Below, piece by piece: positions 43,816 through 58,943 of a stretch of DNA of 64,000 nucleotides. The notes under the pieces are model-generated. The model did no database searches and was not told where the DNA came from. It saw nothing but the letters and a program-made list of their open reading frames with translations. The stretch's first letter is position 1; each line of letters begins with the position of its first letter. The position numbers were made by a program, and so were the translations under genes. This stretch comes from the human T2T-CHM13v2.0 reference genome, Homo sapiens: the NCBI RefSeq assembly GCF_009914755.1, contig NC_060936.1. The stretch is one strand, 5' to 3'.

Positions 43816-45087
43816 AAAAACAAAGCTCTAAATAGTAGGATAAGCTCTTCCAGGGGTGTGGATATGAACTAGACATCTACTCTTGACATTAGCCGCCATG
43901 AAAATTACTCCTCCATTGCCCTTCCTGGAATTTCAGGGACCTGAAGGAGTTGGTGAATCTCCAAATATGCCTAGCTTAGGTCACAAGAAATGATCTGAAA
44001 GGATCTGAGCCTTGGAAAAGGAAGAATGTTAAACTTTAAATTGATCAGCAGAAAAATATACAACAGCATTTACTCAGGATAGCAATATTTCAGGGAAGCA
44101 AACAGATGGAGGGCCAGATTGTGAATATATCAGACTCCAAGGAATCTATTAGAAAACATTAATGTACTTGTTATAGTTAAATATTTTAAATTTGTTGGGC
44201 TGACAATTATAAGCAAAATAATATCCCTTTATTAAAAAATTAAAGTAGCCTACAGTATTATAGAGCAGTAAGATTAGAAAATGGATTTTTTTTTTTTTTT
44301 GGTGGTGATCTACCTTCCTTAGATATTTCAACTCAATGGCAAGAGCTGCTAATCTCAGTAGTGCATACTTATTGGAACCTACTGTAGCAATGGTAATTGC
44401 ATTTGAGATATGGCCACATTAGATGTTGTAATCCCAAGTTACATATGACCCAATGAAAAGAAAATGATAAGGCAGCTGGCAAGTGGAGCTTTTAATACTT
44501 CTTATCCAGAAGTTTATGTCTCCAATTTTCATGCATTTCCAAGTTCCATTAACAAAAGAAAAAAACCTCTTATTAAGTAGAATAGAAATGGATTTTAAAA
44601 GTAGGAGTGAATCTCCCTTTCCCCAAACTCTTTTGAGATAAATCTGTCTGCACCTATGGTAATTTGATGAATGGACTTTATAAAGGTGAATAGAATGTCA
44701 GGGCTGAAAGAGGCAGAGAAATTTTCCATCCCCACTCCTCCTCATTTACAGAGGAGAAGACTCTTCGCCCTGGAAATGGATTGAAGGTTGATTGGGAGAG
44801 CTTTTGCTCATTAGGCTTGGATTTTTATGGCTAGCTCTCCTACCTCCCATCATGCCTCAGAGATCACATGAGAATTGGTTATTGGAATTGTTTCCTTTGG
44901 GAAAGAATGCATAGCTCTTCAGAGATGGTGTCCTGATCAGGTTCTGTAGGTAGGCATGAGACTAAATGGGCATGGGCCAAATACAAATTCTTATTCAGGA
45001 GTAAAGAATTCTGGTTGTCAAAAGGCTTTATAAGTAGGTGGTTTAATAATGTAAAAGATATGATTTCATCTGTACATTCTAAGGAAT

Positions 45088-45608
45088 GTTGTAGAATACT
45101 CTACTAGTTGCCTAAACTCCATATTCAGTCTACTTCTTCATCAGTAATGGACTCCTATGTTGTTGGTGGGCATCAATATACTCAGCTGAAAATTGTATTT
45201 TCCAACTTCACTTGTGGACATGAGTGGCCAGTGAAATGTAAGTAGAAGTATTGTTGGTGCTTCCAGGAAATTTCTTTAAGGGAGGCTGGGCCAAATGGGA
45301 GATAGGAACCCTTTGGCCATTTCCTTTTCTTCAGTTCTTCCTTCCTGAAATGTAGATGTTGTGGTTGGGGCTGCAGCAGCTATGTTGTCACCATGAAGCA
45401 ATCTTGAAGATGAAAGCCACATGTTAAAGTTGGCAGAGAAGAAGGCTAGAAACAGCCTGGGTTGCTGGTGACTTTGTGGGGCTGCCATAGCAGCCTGGTA
45501 CTCTCCACCTCTGGACTCATTTTATACAAGAAGTAAAATAAGCTCTATTTTGTTTGAGTATTATTTTGGTCCTGTTAATATGCTGCTAAATTGAACCTTA
45601 ACTGATAT
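45088..45608 (+). mobile_element. MLT1J-like LTR
   Basis: ggggctgcagcagctatgttgtcaccatga; ccacctctggact. Confidence 0.7.
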
Positions 45609-46054
45609 CAGTGTCAAGGAGACACACTTATTAGACACTAAGAGAAGAACTACGAGGATCAGTAGGGAAAAGGGGGAGACAGAGGAAAAATAATAACTTT
45701 ACAATTTGCCGAAATTGTTCATCTATCTCATTTCTCTGATCTTGTCTGATGATGTTGGTATGTATATACAGTTGGCCCTTGAGCAGTGTAGGGATTAGGG
45801 GAACTGACAACTCCCTCCCCCTGTACAGTCAAAAATGTGTATATAACTTTTGGTTCCCCCAAAACTTAACTACTAATAGCCTACTGTTGACTGGAAGCCT
45901 TACCGATAACATAAATAGTCAGCTGACACATATTTTGTATATGATATGTATTGTATACTGTAGTCTTACAATAAAGTAAGCTAGAGAAAAGAAAATGTAA
46001 TTAAGAAAACCATAAGGAAGAGAAAATACATTTCTAGTACTATACTGTATTGAT

Positions 46055-46255
46055 CTATACTGTAAGTTTACATAGTCTGTTTACAAGATGAATCATCTGT
46101 CTGAAACGGTGGGCAACTGCAGCTGCAGACCTCAATCCAAGATACATATCCTGCAACTCGACTTTTTCTTGTAATGCCATGACCTTTCTCTGCTTCTTGG
46201 GAGCACTTCCAACATCACTAATGGCATTTTGTATGGGTCCCATGGAGTTATTCAA
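46055..46255 (-). pseudogene. Tigger/pogo transposase N-terminal (CENP-B-type HTH) remnant
   Basis: ORF peptide SAPKKQRKVMALQEKVELQDMYLGLRSAAAVAHRF; truncated. Confidence 0.75.
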
Positions 46256-46698
46256 GGTTTATGGTATTGCACCAAACATGATGAAAAATCCACGAGAACC
46301 GCTAGAGATCACTTTTTACTATGATACACAATTTACTGGAGAGATATACTGTTCACTTGGAGATGATTATTGTCACATGGCGTTTTAGGTGGATACTCTC
46401 AACACTTGAGCTCACTGAAATAGCAATAGAAGGTGGCTACAAAATTATTACAGTAGTACAGTATGGACGACAGTTAATGTTATGCAGTTATGGTTTAATA
46501 TTGCATATTTACATATCTCTCAACTGCCAGTTGTGCCATGTATGCATTGTAAGTATTTGTGTGCAGAAGTTTTAGTAAGTTCTAAATTTGTGTAATGGAT
46601 TTGTGTATATTTTATGGTAACAAATGATAAAATACTCAAGTATCTATGTATATTTTATGCAATTATGACATACTTAACTTTTTCTTAAATTTTTTTGA

Positions 46699-47010
46699 TT
46701 TTTTTTTTTTTTTTTTTTGGAGACAGGATCTATCTAGCTCTGTCATCCAGGCTGTGCAGTGGTGCAATCGTGGCTCACTGAAGCCTCATCCTCGCCGGCT
46801 CAAGTGATCCTCCTGCCTCAGCCTCCTGAGGAGCTGGGACCACAGGCACATGACACCATGCCTGGCTAATTAAAAATAATTTTTTTGTTTGGTAAAGACA
46901 GGGTCTCACTATGTTGCCCAGGCTGCTTTTGAACTTCTGAACTCAAGCAATCTTCCTGCCCCAACCTCTGAAAGTGCTGGACTTACAGGCATGAGCCACT
47001 GTGGCTGGCC
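46699..47010 (-). mobile_element. Alu (AluJ-like) inside Tigger2
   Basis: Antisense dimer with T tail. Confidence 0.92.
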
Positions 47011-47277
47011 AATATTTTTTTAATATTTTTTGGCAGTTTATCTTCAAGTTTATTCAAATGGTTGCAGATCTCCAAAAAATTTTTCCAATATATTTATTGA
47101 AAAAAAGTCATGCATAAATGAACCTGCACAGTTCAAACCCATGTTGTTCAAGAGTCAACTGTATATATACTGCTATTTCTGCTTTACAGATGAGGAAACA
47201 GGCTCAGCGATATCAAATGCTTATTTATAGGTTTATAGTCACCAACCAGGTTATTGTTGTTCATCACTGTGTTCTCA

Positions 47278-48085
<808 letters not shown>

Positions 48086-48365
48086 TCAGCTTTCTTGGAG
48101 CCTGAGCCATTGTTGGTTGAGACAGTGTGAATCGTGGTAGACACCAGTTGTTTTGCTCCTTGCATCTTTTCATCTTTGCTCTAGTAACATCTCCTCGATT
48201 AGCCGCTTGGGGGTGCTTCAGGTGACATCTGCTCTGTCCTCTACTCAGGAGTGGGAAACAAATTTAGTGTGACCAATCAGAGGTTGGTGTTCTTCTGGCC
48301 ACGGTGATTGGTTCAGGGAGAGACCCGTGATCAGATCGGAGCTACCTGCCATGTGATGACTTTAA

Positions 48366-48736
<371 letters not shown>

Positions 48737-48777
48737 TTTTTTTTCGGGGGGGTGGGGGGTGTACTGGGGAGTGGGGG

Positions 48778-49040
48778 ATGGAGTCTTACTCTGTTTCCCA
48801 GGCTGAAATGCAGTGGCACAGTCTTGACTCACTGCAACCTCCACCTCCCTGGTTCAAGTGGTTCTCCTGCCTCGGGCTCCTGAGTAGCTGGGATTACAGG
48901 TGTGTGCCACCACACCTAGCTAATTTTTGTGTTTTTAGTAGAGACAGGGTTTTGCCATGTTGGCCAGGCTGGTCTTGAACTCCTGACCTCAGGTGATCTG
49001 TCCGCCTCAGCCTCCCAAAGTGCTGGGATTATAGGCATGA
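48778..49040 (-). mobile_element. Alu (AluSx-like)
   Basis: Antisense dimer; tail replaced by a G-rich tract. Confidence 0.92.
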
Positions 49041-49339
49041 AGGTGCGATTTCTTACATGCATATATTATCTGGTGGTGAAGTCTGGGCTTTGAGTGTACC
49101 CAGCACCCAAATAGTGAACACTGTATTCACCCCTCTCTAATGATTCTTGAAATATACCTTTATTATGAAAATTTGTAAACCAACAAAAAGCAGAAATAAT
49201 ACTACAGGGAACCCCCAAATACCCATCACCCAGATTCAATAATTATAAAAGTTTGGCCATACTTACTTCATTTTTCCCCCTTGTTTCTCTTATTCCTAAG
49301 ATTTTTAAAGCAAACCCAGATATTTGCCATTTTATCTCA

Positions 49340-49717
<378 letters not shown>

Positions 49718-49895
49718 CTAAGGCTTTCTCAGGTAAGGTGACAAATCTAGAAAGAAATCAGCGTTCACCTATTATCTTCACTCTTGGCTCCCTGAGCAGA
49801 ATTTTAGACCCTAGTATCAAATTAGACAATTTTAATATCAAAGAGACATATCGAAGAGGTGTTGTGTTTTATCAATCCCACGTGCTGGGATTACA

Positions 49896-50084
49896 GGTGG
49901 CACATGCCTGTAATCTCAGCGACCTGGGAGGCTGAGGCAGGAGAATTGCTGGAACCTGAGAGGTGGAAGCTGCAGTGAGCTGAGATTGCATCACTGCCCT
50001 CCGGCCTGGGCGACAGAGCAAGACTCTGTCTCAAAAAAAAAAAATATATATATATATATACATACACACACACACATACATACA

Positions 50085-50121
<37 letters not shown>

Positions 50122-50150
50122 CCCCCCCCCACACACACATATATATATAT
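49896..50150 (+). mobile_element. Alu right arm with A/(TA)n/(CA)n compound tail
   Basis: ggtggcacatgcctgtaatc...gactctgtctcaaaa followed by microsatellite. Confidence 0.88.
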
Positions 50151-51522
50151 AGGCATTTTCTAACATGACCACTACCATGAGACTTTTGCTGAAACTACTG
50201 AGAAAATGATAGGTGTTTCTTTCCCATGGAAAGAAACTTAAACTTAAGTTAAAACTTAAACTTGGAGGGATAGAACCCTGAAAATACTGGGAGCATTGCA
50301 TGGAGTCAAAGAATAAAATCAAGTAGTGAAGTCAGTCTAGGGATTAGAAAGAAAAGAATCTTGATTATATAGTTTGTGTTCCTAGGTTAAACCTTGCCTG
50401 AAGACCACATTAGTAACTTAAATGAAACCACACAGTGTCTATTTCACTTAAGCCAGTTTGAGCAGGGTTCTTTTGTTCACAACCAAAGAATGTCTTCACT
50501 GATTTAGAAACCACTATCTTTTCTCCTGGGATGACGATTTCTTCCCCTACAATAGCTTGTCTTGAAGCCAGACCTCAGCCCAATAGTCCAGTATATAAAA
50601 ACCCATGAATATGTAAAGTAGACCTACTGAAGAAGAGGAAAACCAAATTACTCCAGAAAGGCACCAGTTTTCTGCTTCATACTCATGTTCAAGGGGGAAA
50701 GCTTGATGTGGGTTTTCCTTCAAATGCAAGTAAGATCCTTTCAAGGGTGGGTGCTGTGTGTGGATTTTTAGTCTATTCTAGGTACACAATTTTCCTTCTA
50801 TGCTGGGAACAAAAGGTGGGAAAGTGGCAAATCATGGAAGCATGGCAATTTATCACCAGTTTCCTTTTGTGTTCTCAAGCCACTAGACTGGGGGAGGACC
50901 CTGCCCCAATTTTGTGGGGCAAAGTTGGCAGATCCCAGCTTTAATTTCTCTTTCATGTTTTCATAGCATCTTGAAATGGCTTTTAAGCTTCTATTTTTTT
51001 TTCCAATTCATCCTTTGGCAGGAGGACCATAACCCTTATAATCATGGACAGGCATCAAATGAACGCCCTCAACTTGCATGCAAAAATGTTTTGTGTGTGT
51101 TTATATAAGCATTTTTCTGGCTGTCATAGCTTTCAATAGGAAACCAAAATGTTCTCAGAACTATAAAGACTTAAGAATCAATGCCTTCTAGGTGGTTATT
51201 AAGTATTAGACTGTTCCCGGTATTTAACCTTAAAAGAATTTACCACCCACCTTGGAGGTGGCAGAGTGTTACTGACAAAGCCAGTCCCCCAAAAGATGGG
51301 GTCTTTCCTTGTTTGGTGTCATACACCAAACAAAACAAATATACAAAACTGAAAGAGCATGTCAAGCAGTGGTGACTTTATTGGATGGCTGTGGAATTGA
51401 GAAGCAGGAGCATGGCTCACAAACCAACTTCTTAACAGGGGAGGGGTGAGGGGGTTAAAATATACCATTTCTCTAATGAAAGTTTGGGATACTAGAAGCA
51501 AGGGGAGAAATATTCATGTCTT

Positions 51523-51552
51523 TTCTGGGAATGGGCAGGGAACTTCCCAGAA
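51523..51552. promoter_or_regulatory. Tandem GAS motifs TTCTGGGAA + TTCCCAGAA
   Basis: Two TTCNNNGAA sites 21 bp apart in the LTR. Confidence 0.5.
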
Positions 51553-51770
51553 CCAGAGCGCTGCCTTCCTTTTTGTCTTTTTATGGCTTCTTCTGGTCAT
51601 TGTCATAGTGATTGTCAACTGTCATGGTGCTAGCGGGAGTGGCTTGGGAACACAAAAGTGTCACTTAGCATGGAAATGAGATGATAATGGAGCCTGAGAT
51701 CTTTTTGAAGTCATTTGGTCAGCAATTTTGGTTCTAACCAGTCTTAGTTGGTCTGATTACAAAGGGAACT

Positions 51771-52170
<400 letters not shown>

Positions 52171-52431
52171 TAGGACAGGGTAGAAATTCAACTATGTCAC
52201 ATAGCCATTACACTGGGTAACAAGAGGAATCCACTAAAGTCCTAAATATTGACTAGTTGCTTTAATAGAGTGGAGGAAGGTGAACTGCTAAGCTTGATAC
52301 ATAACTCGTAATCCAGTTAGCTGCAGTTTTACCCATACCACTGGCTAAAAAGCCAAAGGGCCTTGCTTTCCATTGTGATTCTGCTACTCACATCCTGCAT
52401 GGACATGGACATGTTATTTAGCCTTTCTGTG

Positions 52432-52898
52432 TGTTATATGTTGAATTATTCCCCCAACCCTGCCAAATTCATAGGCTCAAGTCCTAACCCCTAATACCTC
52501 AGAGTGTGACCTTATTTGGAAATAGCGTTGCAGATATAATTCATTCCAGTAAGGTTATAGCTGGAGTATGATGGGCCCCTAATCCAATATGACTGCTGTC
52601 CTTATAAAAAGGGGGAAAACTGGACACGTACACACACACACACACATACACACACACACAGAACACCATGTGAACATGAAGGCAGAGATTGGGGTGATAC
52701 AGCAGAAACCAAGGAATGCCAGTGATTTCTGGCAACCACCAGATGGAACAGATCCTTCCCTTACAGCTCTCAGAAGGAAGCAACCTGGCCGACACCTTGG
52801 TCTTGGACTTCTAGCTTCCGACTGTGAGACAGTGCATTTCTGTTGCGTAAGCCACCCAGTCTGTGGTAGGGTGATCCTGCAGCCTGAGCAGACCAATG
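52432..52898 (+). mobile_element. MLT1B/C MaLR LTR with internal (CA)n
   Basis: gtgtgaccttatttggaaatag; ggacttctagcttccgactgtgagac. Confidence 0.85.
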
Positions 52899-52899
52899 C

Positions 52900-53320
52900 A
52901 CTGGTTGAGGTCAACACGGAGATGCACCATTAGACTTGCTGTCCAGCTGCAGGGAGTGCAGCCAACTGATGGTCTCCAGCTGTTAGCCCCATCAGGGGTA
53001 GCCTCAGCTGCAGAAAGCCAGCTTGCCCAAGGTCATGCCTTTCTCTGGGAAGTCAGTGTCTGCATTTGAACCAGGTAGGGGTATGATATAAAGGCTTGGC
53101 CATGTCAGCCCAATGCTGGAAAACCTCCAGGGACTGTATTTGCTGCAGAGCTTCTCATGGGGTTGGCTGAGGCTGTGCAAGGCCAGCGCGTCCAGCATCT
53201 CTCTCCGCCCAATCCTGCTTCCTCCTTGGTTCTTTTATAAGTGTTGATCCCTAGGAAACATTTTGCACCCCAAACTCCATTCAGTGCTTGCTTTTGGAGA
53301 CCCCCAAGTGGTGACATGGG
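52900..53320 (+). mobile_element. LTR16C-like ERVL LTR
   Basis: gtgttgatccc...ttgcaccccaaactccat...tgcttttggagaccc. Confidence 0.6.
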
Positions 53321-53814
53321 GTTTTAACTTTCTCATCTACAACCCGTGAAAATACCTGGCCGAGACGGTCAGTTAACCAACGTCATTGGAAGCAGACTCT
53401 GGCCATTTCCATCCCCATGCCACTGAAGAAGGAAACAAGAGCCATTGAAAGGGCTTCTGATGCCACAGAGCAAAGAACATCCCAGGAAATGAGGCCAGCC
53501 CTGGCCATTGTTCCAGGGCTGGCTTATAGGGCACACTGGGGCTCAGATCTCTGTAATTTACCAGCTCTTGTAGGCTGCTACAGCCTCCCTGGTGACTGGC
53601 TGAACAGAAAGGGGGACATTGCATTGCTATGAAATTCTCTGCAATTTCCTATAAGAAAAGAGCTGAGCCGTGTTCCAGAGGGATCCTCTCTAGGAGCTCT
53701 GTGTTAGAGTTGGCTGTGTTTTGAGATGCTAAATATTGTGGATAGGAGGAGAATGAAGTGTTTTACAGTATGACAGGTGGGAAGTTCTAAGTTCTATAGT
53801 TCATTTCATTTGAT

Positions 53815-53905
53815 GGTGTGTGTGTGTGTGTGTGTGGATCAGAGAAAGAGAGAGAGTGGGAGAAAGAGAGAGAGGAGAGAGAAAGAGAAAGAGGGAGAGA
53901 AGAAT
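53815..53905. repeat. (TG)n plus GA-rich microsatellite
   Basis: Seen directly. Confidence 0.9.
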
Positions 53906-55134
53906 AAGTCAATGAATACACGTATAAGTTTCCATTCTCTGTTTTTGTGAAGATTCAATATGTGGTATGTTAGGCAGTCCAGAAGTGACAATCATTTTAT
54001 ACATCCTTCAATGCATGCTAATAAATGCCAGTCCACAAAATATATGACCTATTATGCAGCTTTTGAGCCTCAATAAATGTCCAGCTCTCTATTTCTATTA
54101 AATTTAGAGGAAATGCCTGTCTTCTAAAAGCTTAATCACCTGTGAATGCCTTTGGGAGACTTTGTAACAAATGGCAAATCAGAAGAAGCTTTCTTAATTT
54201 CCTTTATTCCAATCTGCTCTGTTAAAGAGGCCCTCAACAGCCTCCTGGGTTTTTTCCTGGCCTGTGCAGTTTGTGCCATCTCGTCCTTCCTCTCACTTCT
54301 AATTTAGCAGTTTCAGATACTAGTATTATGTCAAACCCATTTGGGGGATTTTTCCCTTGATGACTTTCTAATTAAATCGTCTACAAAAATGACATTTAAT
54401 TATGGAGACAGGTGTTTTGTTTTTCTTTTTTGGTCCCAAAGACAGCAAATATTTCAATCAAATTGGTTCAGTCCTTGTACATTTTTCTCTCCCTTTCTCT
54501 TGCCCAGTGAGATGCCCCACCTCCCCAAAAAATCCATAAAGAAGCTACATAATTTGTGTGTTTTCTTGATTCTTTTGACAGGCTTTCAGTGGGTTGGGAA
54601 GCCTCGGGCTCATTTCTCAAGTTCCAGCTTCGATCAGATAACTATGTTTGATTAAACATCCTTTTAAACTCATTATCAGCTCAGCAATGACTTCTTTCAA
54701 AATGACCTTTCTGATGATCTAATCGCAAACAAGCGTTTCTGGAGGCATGAACTTCAGTGTTCTCTGACTGGTGTCCTTGGTTCGTGGTGGGTCCTGTGGA
54801 GGCTTCTCAGAATGATGCCCAAGGGAAAAGCTGGGTTCTGGGGTGTCAGGCCACTCTCTATTACCTTGGCTACTTCTGAGAGCTGGACTCACTTTAGAGA
54901 CTCAGTTTGGAGGTGGAGGATGAACACGCTCATTTCCAAAGATTTAGAATCTCAGGCTTTGAAGTCCAACACACTTGGGCTGGCATCCCCGCTCTCCATT
55001 TGCTAGCCATGTGATCTTTTGGGCCTTGTATTTCTTACCCGTAACATGGGATTAATAATTCCTACTTTCTGGGGTTGTAGTGAGAATTTGATGAGTCCAT
55101 ACATGTGAATGCTCTGGGCACCCTCATTAACGCA

Positions 55135-55505
55135 CGCTAGGTTCCCCAAGAAATGGCTTTGTGGGGAGATGAACGTGCAGGATGTTTAATAAAGAGAGCT
55201 CTTGGGATCCACCCTAGTGGGAAGGAGAGGAAGGGAGCAGAATAAGGTAGTGGGAAACATTGAGCTGCAGTGAGGGTCCAGTCATTGCTTCAGCTGACCC
55301 CACAGAGCCCTGGAGCTAGAATGGCCCTCGAGAGGTGTCCTGAGTTGGTTCAATATGGTCAGGCCTGTATACTCAGCATTTGTTGAGTATGGGCCACCCT
55401 GGGAGGTGTGTGGCTTTGGGTAAGGTGGCTCTGCAGTTGACATAGTTTGCTCTTCCTTGAAGGTGGATCTAGAGTGTGTAACTGTAACCATCAAAACCCT
55501 CAGTA
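55135..55505 (-). mobile_element. LTR16C-like ERVL LTR
   Basis: taggttcccc...tgcaggatgtttaata...cagctgaccccacagagccctggagct. Confidence 0.55.
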
Positions 55506-55794
55506 GATGTTGGCTATTGCTGTCATTAAGAGGATTAAAAGGTAATTGGACTTTGGGAATGTTTTTCTCTTCTGTAAGATGCAGACCACTGTCTGATTTG
55601 AATATTGCATTACAGTTATCAATTTAGTCATTCATTTCACAAATATGCATCAAGCTGCTCCTGTAATGAGCTGGGCACTGTGCTAGGCTCTGGGTCACCT
55701 CCCCTGGCACTCATGTGTCTCATGTTTGAGATAAGAACCTCATGCTCTGCAAGTTTCAAGCATGAGCCTGTGCTACAGACAAGGAAACAAGCTC

Positions 55795-55975
55795 CAAACA
55801 CACCTGCACAGATTTGCACACACACCCGTACACACACACCTGCACACATACCTGCATATACACACATCTGAACAAATACTTTCACACAAATACCCACACA
55901 CATTCCTGTGCATATACACCCATACTGGCACGCACATATCTGCACACACATACACCAGCATCACACACACATACA
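55795..55975. repeat. Degenerate (CA)-rich microsatellite
   Basis: Seen directly. Confidence 0.85.
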
Positions 55976-56720
55976 GCATTAAGAGTTGGTTGTGAGGTGT
56001 GTTAGGCCTTCTTGGAAGCAGACACATAGTTAGGGGTGCAAGAGGCTTACTGGGGGTTAATGACTGTGAAAGATAAAGGGGTTGAAGCAGGAGTGTGCAG
56101 GGGAAGCCTTCAGCTTGTGATGCAGGCTTGAAGTGTTGGCCCACCCAACAGGGAGCTCCCATCAAAAGACAGCCCAATGAAGAAGCCTCGAATTGGTCAG
56201 AAGTGACGAGGCCTTAGTACCCCTGCCATGCCCAGTCATTGACTGGGGCTACCTGAAGAGAAGGTGTCTTGGTTCAAATGCTGCAGCAGATCCCGAAGGT
56301 TCTCCTTGCAATGGAAGGAAATTCTTTCTTAAAGGAAGATAGAAGCAGCACTTCTCTGAGGCTGCCAAGTGAGGATTAAAGACAAGCGGATGTGCAAACA
56401 AGAACCCAGCACAGAGTGGGCATGGCAGATGCAGAGAAGGATCTGGATGACTTTTCCTTTCCTTCTACCTTTTCCTCATGTGGTTTCATAATTTCTAGCA
56501 AAGAATAGGAGAGTGTAAAAGGTCATGCAGCTTTAGGTGGCTCTGGTAACAATAGTATTATTACTATGTTAATCTATTGAATGTTTATTAAGTGCCAACC
56601 ACTGTACTAAGGAATTTACATCTGTGGCCTCTACACAGCTCTTTGAATTAGATATCTTATTATTCTCATTATACAGATGAAAAAAACGAGGTCCAAAGGG
56701 GGAAGTCACTTGCCCAAGTA

Positions 56721-57067
56721 CAGTCATGAGCTGCATAATGATGTTTTGGTCAAAGATGGACCTCATATATGATGGTGGTCCCATAAGATTGTACTACCAT
56801 ATTTTTAGTGTACCTTTGCTATGCTTAGATATGTTTAGATACACAAATGCTTACCATTGTGTTACAATTGCCTACAGTGTTCAGGACAATAACATGCTGT
56901 GCAGGTTTATAGCCTAAAAGCAATAGGCTCTACCCTATAACCTAAGTGTGTAGTCAGCTATACCTCTAGGTTTGTGTGAATACACTCTATGATGTTCACA
57001 CAATGACCAAATTGCCTGAGAGCACATTTCTCAGAACATATTCCCATCATTACGTGACGTGTGACCG
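56721..57067 (+). mobile_element. Tigger3a/MER7A DNA transposon inside a MIR
   Basis: cagtcatgagctgcataatgatgttttggtc...gatggtggtcccataagatt; TA flanks. Confidence 0.88.
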
Positions 57068-57090
57068 TACATGGCGAATATCAGTCCAAG

Positions 57091-57712
57091 TGTTACCAGA
57101 AAGGGGTCCTAATCCAGACCCCAAGAGAGGGTTCTTGGATCTTGCTTAAGAAAGAATTAAGGGTGAGTCCATAAAGCGAAAGCAAGTTTATTAAGAAAGT
57201 AAAGGAGTAAAGAATGGCTACTCCATAGGCAGAGCAGCAGCTTGGGCTGCTGGACTCAGGATATTTATTTCTTGATCATATGGTAAACAAGGGGTGGATT
57301 ATTCGTGAGTTTTCTGGGAAAAGGGTGAGGAATTCCCAGAACTGAGGGTTCCTCTCCTTTTTAGACCATATAGGGTATCTTTCTGACTTTGCCATGGCAT
57401 CTGTAAACTGTCATGACACTGGTGGGAGTGTCTCTTAGTATGCTAATCCATTATAATTAGTGTATAATGAACAGTGAGGACAACCAGAAGTCCCTTTCGT
57501 CACCATCTTGGTTTTGGTGGTTTTAGCTGGCTTCTTTACTGTATGCTGTTTTATCAGCAAGGACTTCGTGACCTGTATCTTGTGTTGACCTCCTATCTCA
57601 TCCTGTGACTCAGAATGCCTAACCTCCTGGGAGTGCAGCTTAGTAGGTCTCAACCTTATTTTACCCAGCCCCTATTCAAGATGGAGTCACTCTGGTTCGA
57701 ACACCTCTGACA
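57091..57712 (-). mobile_element. MER41B-like ERV1 solo LTR
   Basis: Colinear with 38359-38972; TG...CA ends; exact 4-bp TSD caag. Confidence 0.92.
57312..57341. promoter_or_regulatory. Tandem GAS motifs TTCTGGGAA + TTCCCAGAA
   Basis: Two TTCNNNGAA sites 21 bp apart in MER41. Confidence 0.55.
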
Positions 57713-58735
57713 CAAGCTCCCAAACCGAAACTCTTCTCTGACTGCCATTTGCAGTCCTGGGTGTCACAGAGCAGAGATAACAGCCTCGGGAAAATCGCCC
57801 AAGGAAGAAACACAATTTAAGAGCTTAGTATCGATTATCCTGGCTGACAGCAAAAATGGCCAATGGCCGGATTCACTGGGAGGTTAAACTCTGGGAAGCT
57901 GTAAGGCTTGTAAATTCCACTGGGACCCTAAAGCACTTTGCAGGGAAGTCAATAGAAACAAAAGGAAAAGGCATGGAGAGATGTTGGGGAGAGAAGCTTA
58001 GAAACTTAATTTTGAGTGTGTGAGCCTCTAAGAACTCAAATTAGGTAGTCTTCTTACCTCCCTCATTAAACCTAGCAGAAAAAAGCCTCTTCCAGATAAA
58101 AATGTCTAGAAATGCCCCAGGGCAGAGGTTTGGAAACCTGCTGTGCTCTTGCCTGCTGGAGTTAAGATTTCGGAGGGAGGACATGCCTTCGTTACTGCCA
58201 TGTCAGCGGAGGCTAATTGTTTTTTGAATCTGTGCCTGGCAGAGCCTGGGATGGAGAATGACACTTTGCACTTGAGCCTGCCAGAGTTAGGCACCCAGAA
58301 TTTAGGGTTCACTAGACACTGGGACAGAGATGGTGTGGAGCAGCCTGGCTTCATGGTGTCCTGACCTTGGTCTTCCCCACCTCCCCCCAAGCCTTTCTTC
58401 AGTTCTGACCTGCTCATTGTCCACTCTGCTCAAATACCTTAAGTGGCTCCTCATTGCTTAGAGGATGAAATTTAGGCTGCTCCATGGACCCACTGGGATC
58501 TATTCCTACCCTACTTTATTACTCATGCTACACGATTCCCATTTGAGAGAACATTGTTCCCATTGTTCCCTGGGAGGACATCCTGAGACATGTTCTCTAA
58601 ACGTGCCTTGCCCTTTACTTTCTTCTTGACTTTGCATAGGCTGTTCCCTCTGCCTGGAATGCTTTTCCCCCTCTTCTAAACCCCTACACATCCTTAAAAG
58701 CCCAGCTCAAATTTGTCTTGACTTTGACTCATTTA

Positions 58736-58943
58736 CAGTGGGGTTTCTCAACCTTACCACGTTTTGGACACTTCTTGGTTGTGGGAGCTTTCCTGGGCAT
58801 TGTAAGATGTTGTGTACTACCCCTGACCTCTATGCACGAGATTCTAGTGGCACTACCCCCACCAGTTGTGACAACTGAAACTGCCTCCAGACATTGCCCA
58901 ATGTCCCTGAGGGACAAAACCACCTCTGTTTGAGAACCATTGC
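58736..58943 (-). mobile_element. MER20 inserted in an L2 (L2 about 58400-59140, +)
   Basis: ccagttgtgacaac...ctccagacattgcccaatgtccc...tttgagaaccattg. Confidence 0.85.

Larger units (their letters stand above)
45769..47161 (-). mobile_element. Tigger2-derived (Tigger2b-like) non-autonomous DNA transposon with intact ends, interrupted by Alu
   Basis: TIRs cagttggcccttgagca / tgttcaagagtcaactg with TA TSDs; transposase remnant on the minus strand. Confidence 0.9.

Noticed and set aside
46055-46255. Domesticated TIGD-like gene
   Set aside because: Only a 66-aa N-terminal remnant within an internally deleted Tigger2; no DDE domain
50576-50605. CCAAT plus TATA-like (cccaat...tatataaaa) promoter
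   Set aside because: Spacing too short, no CpG island or downstream exon; expected by chance
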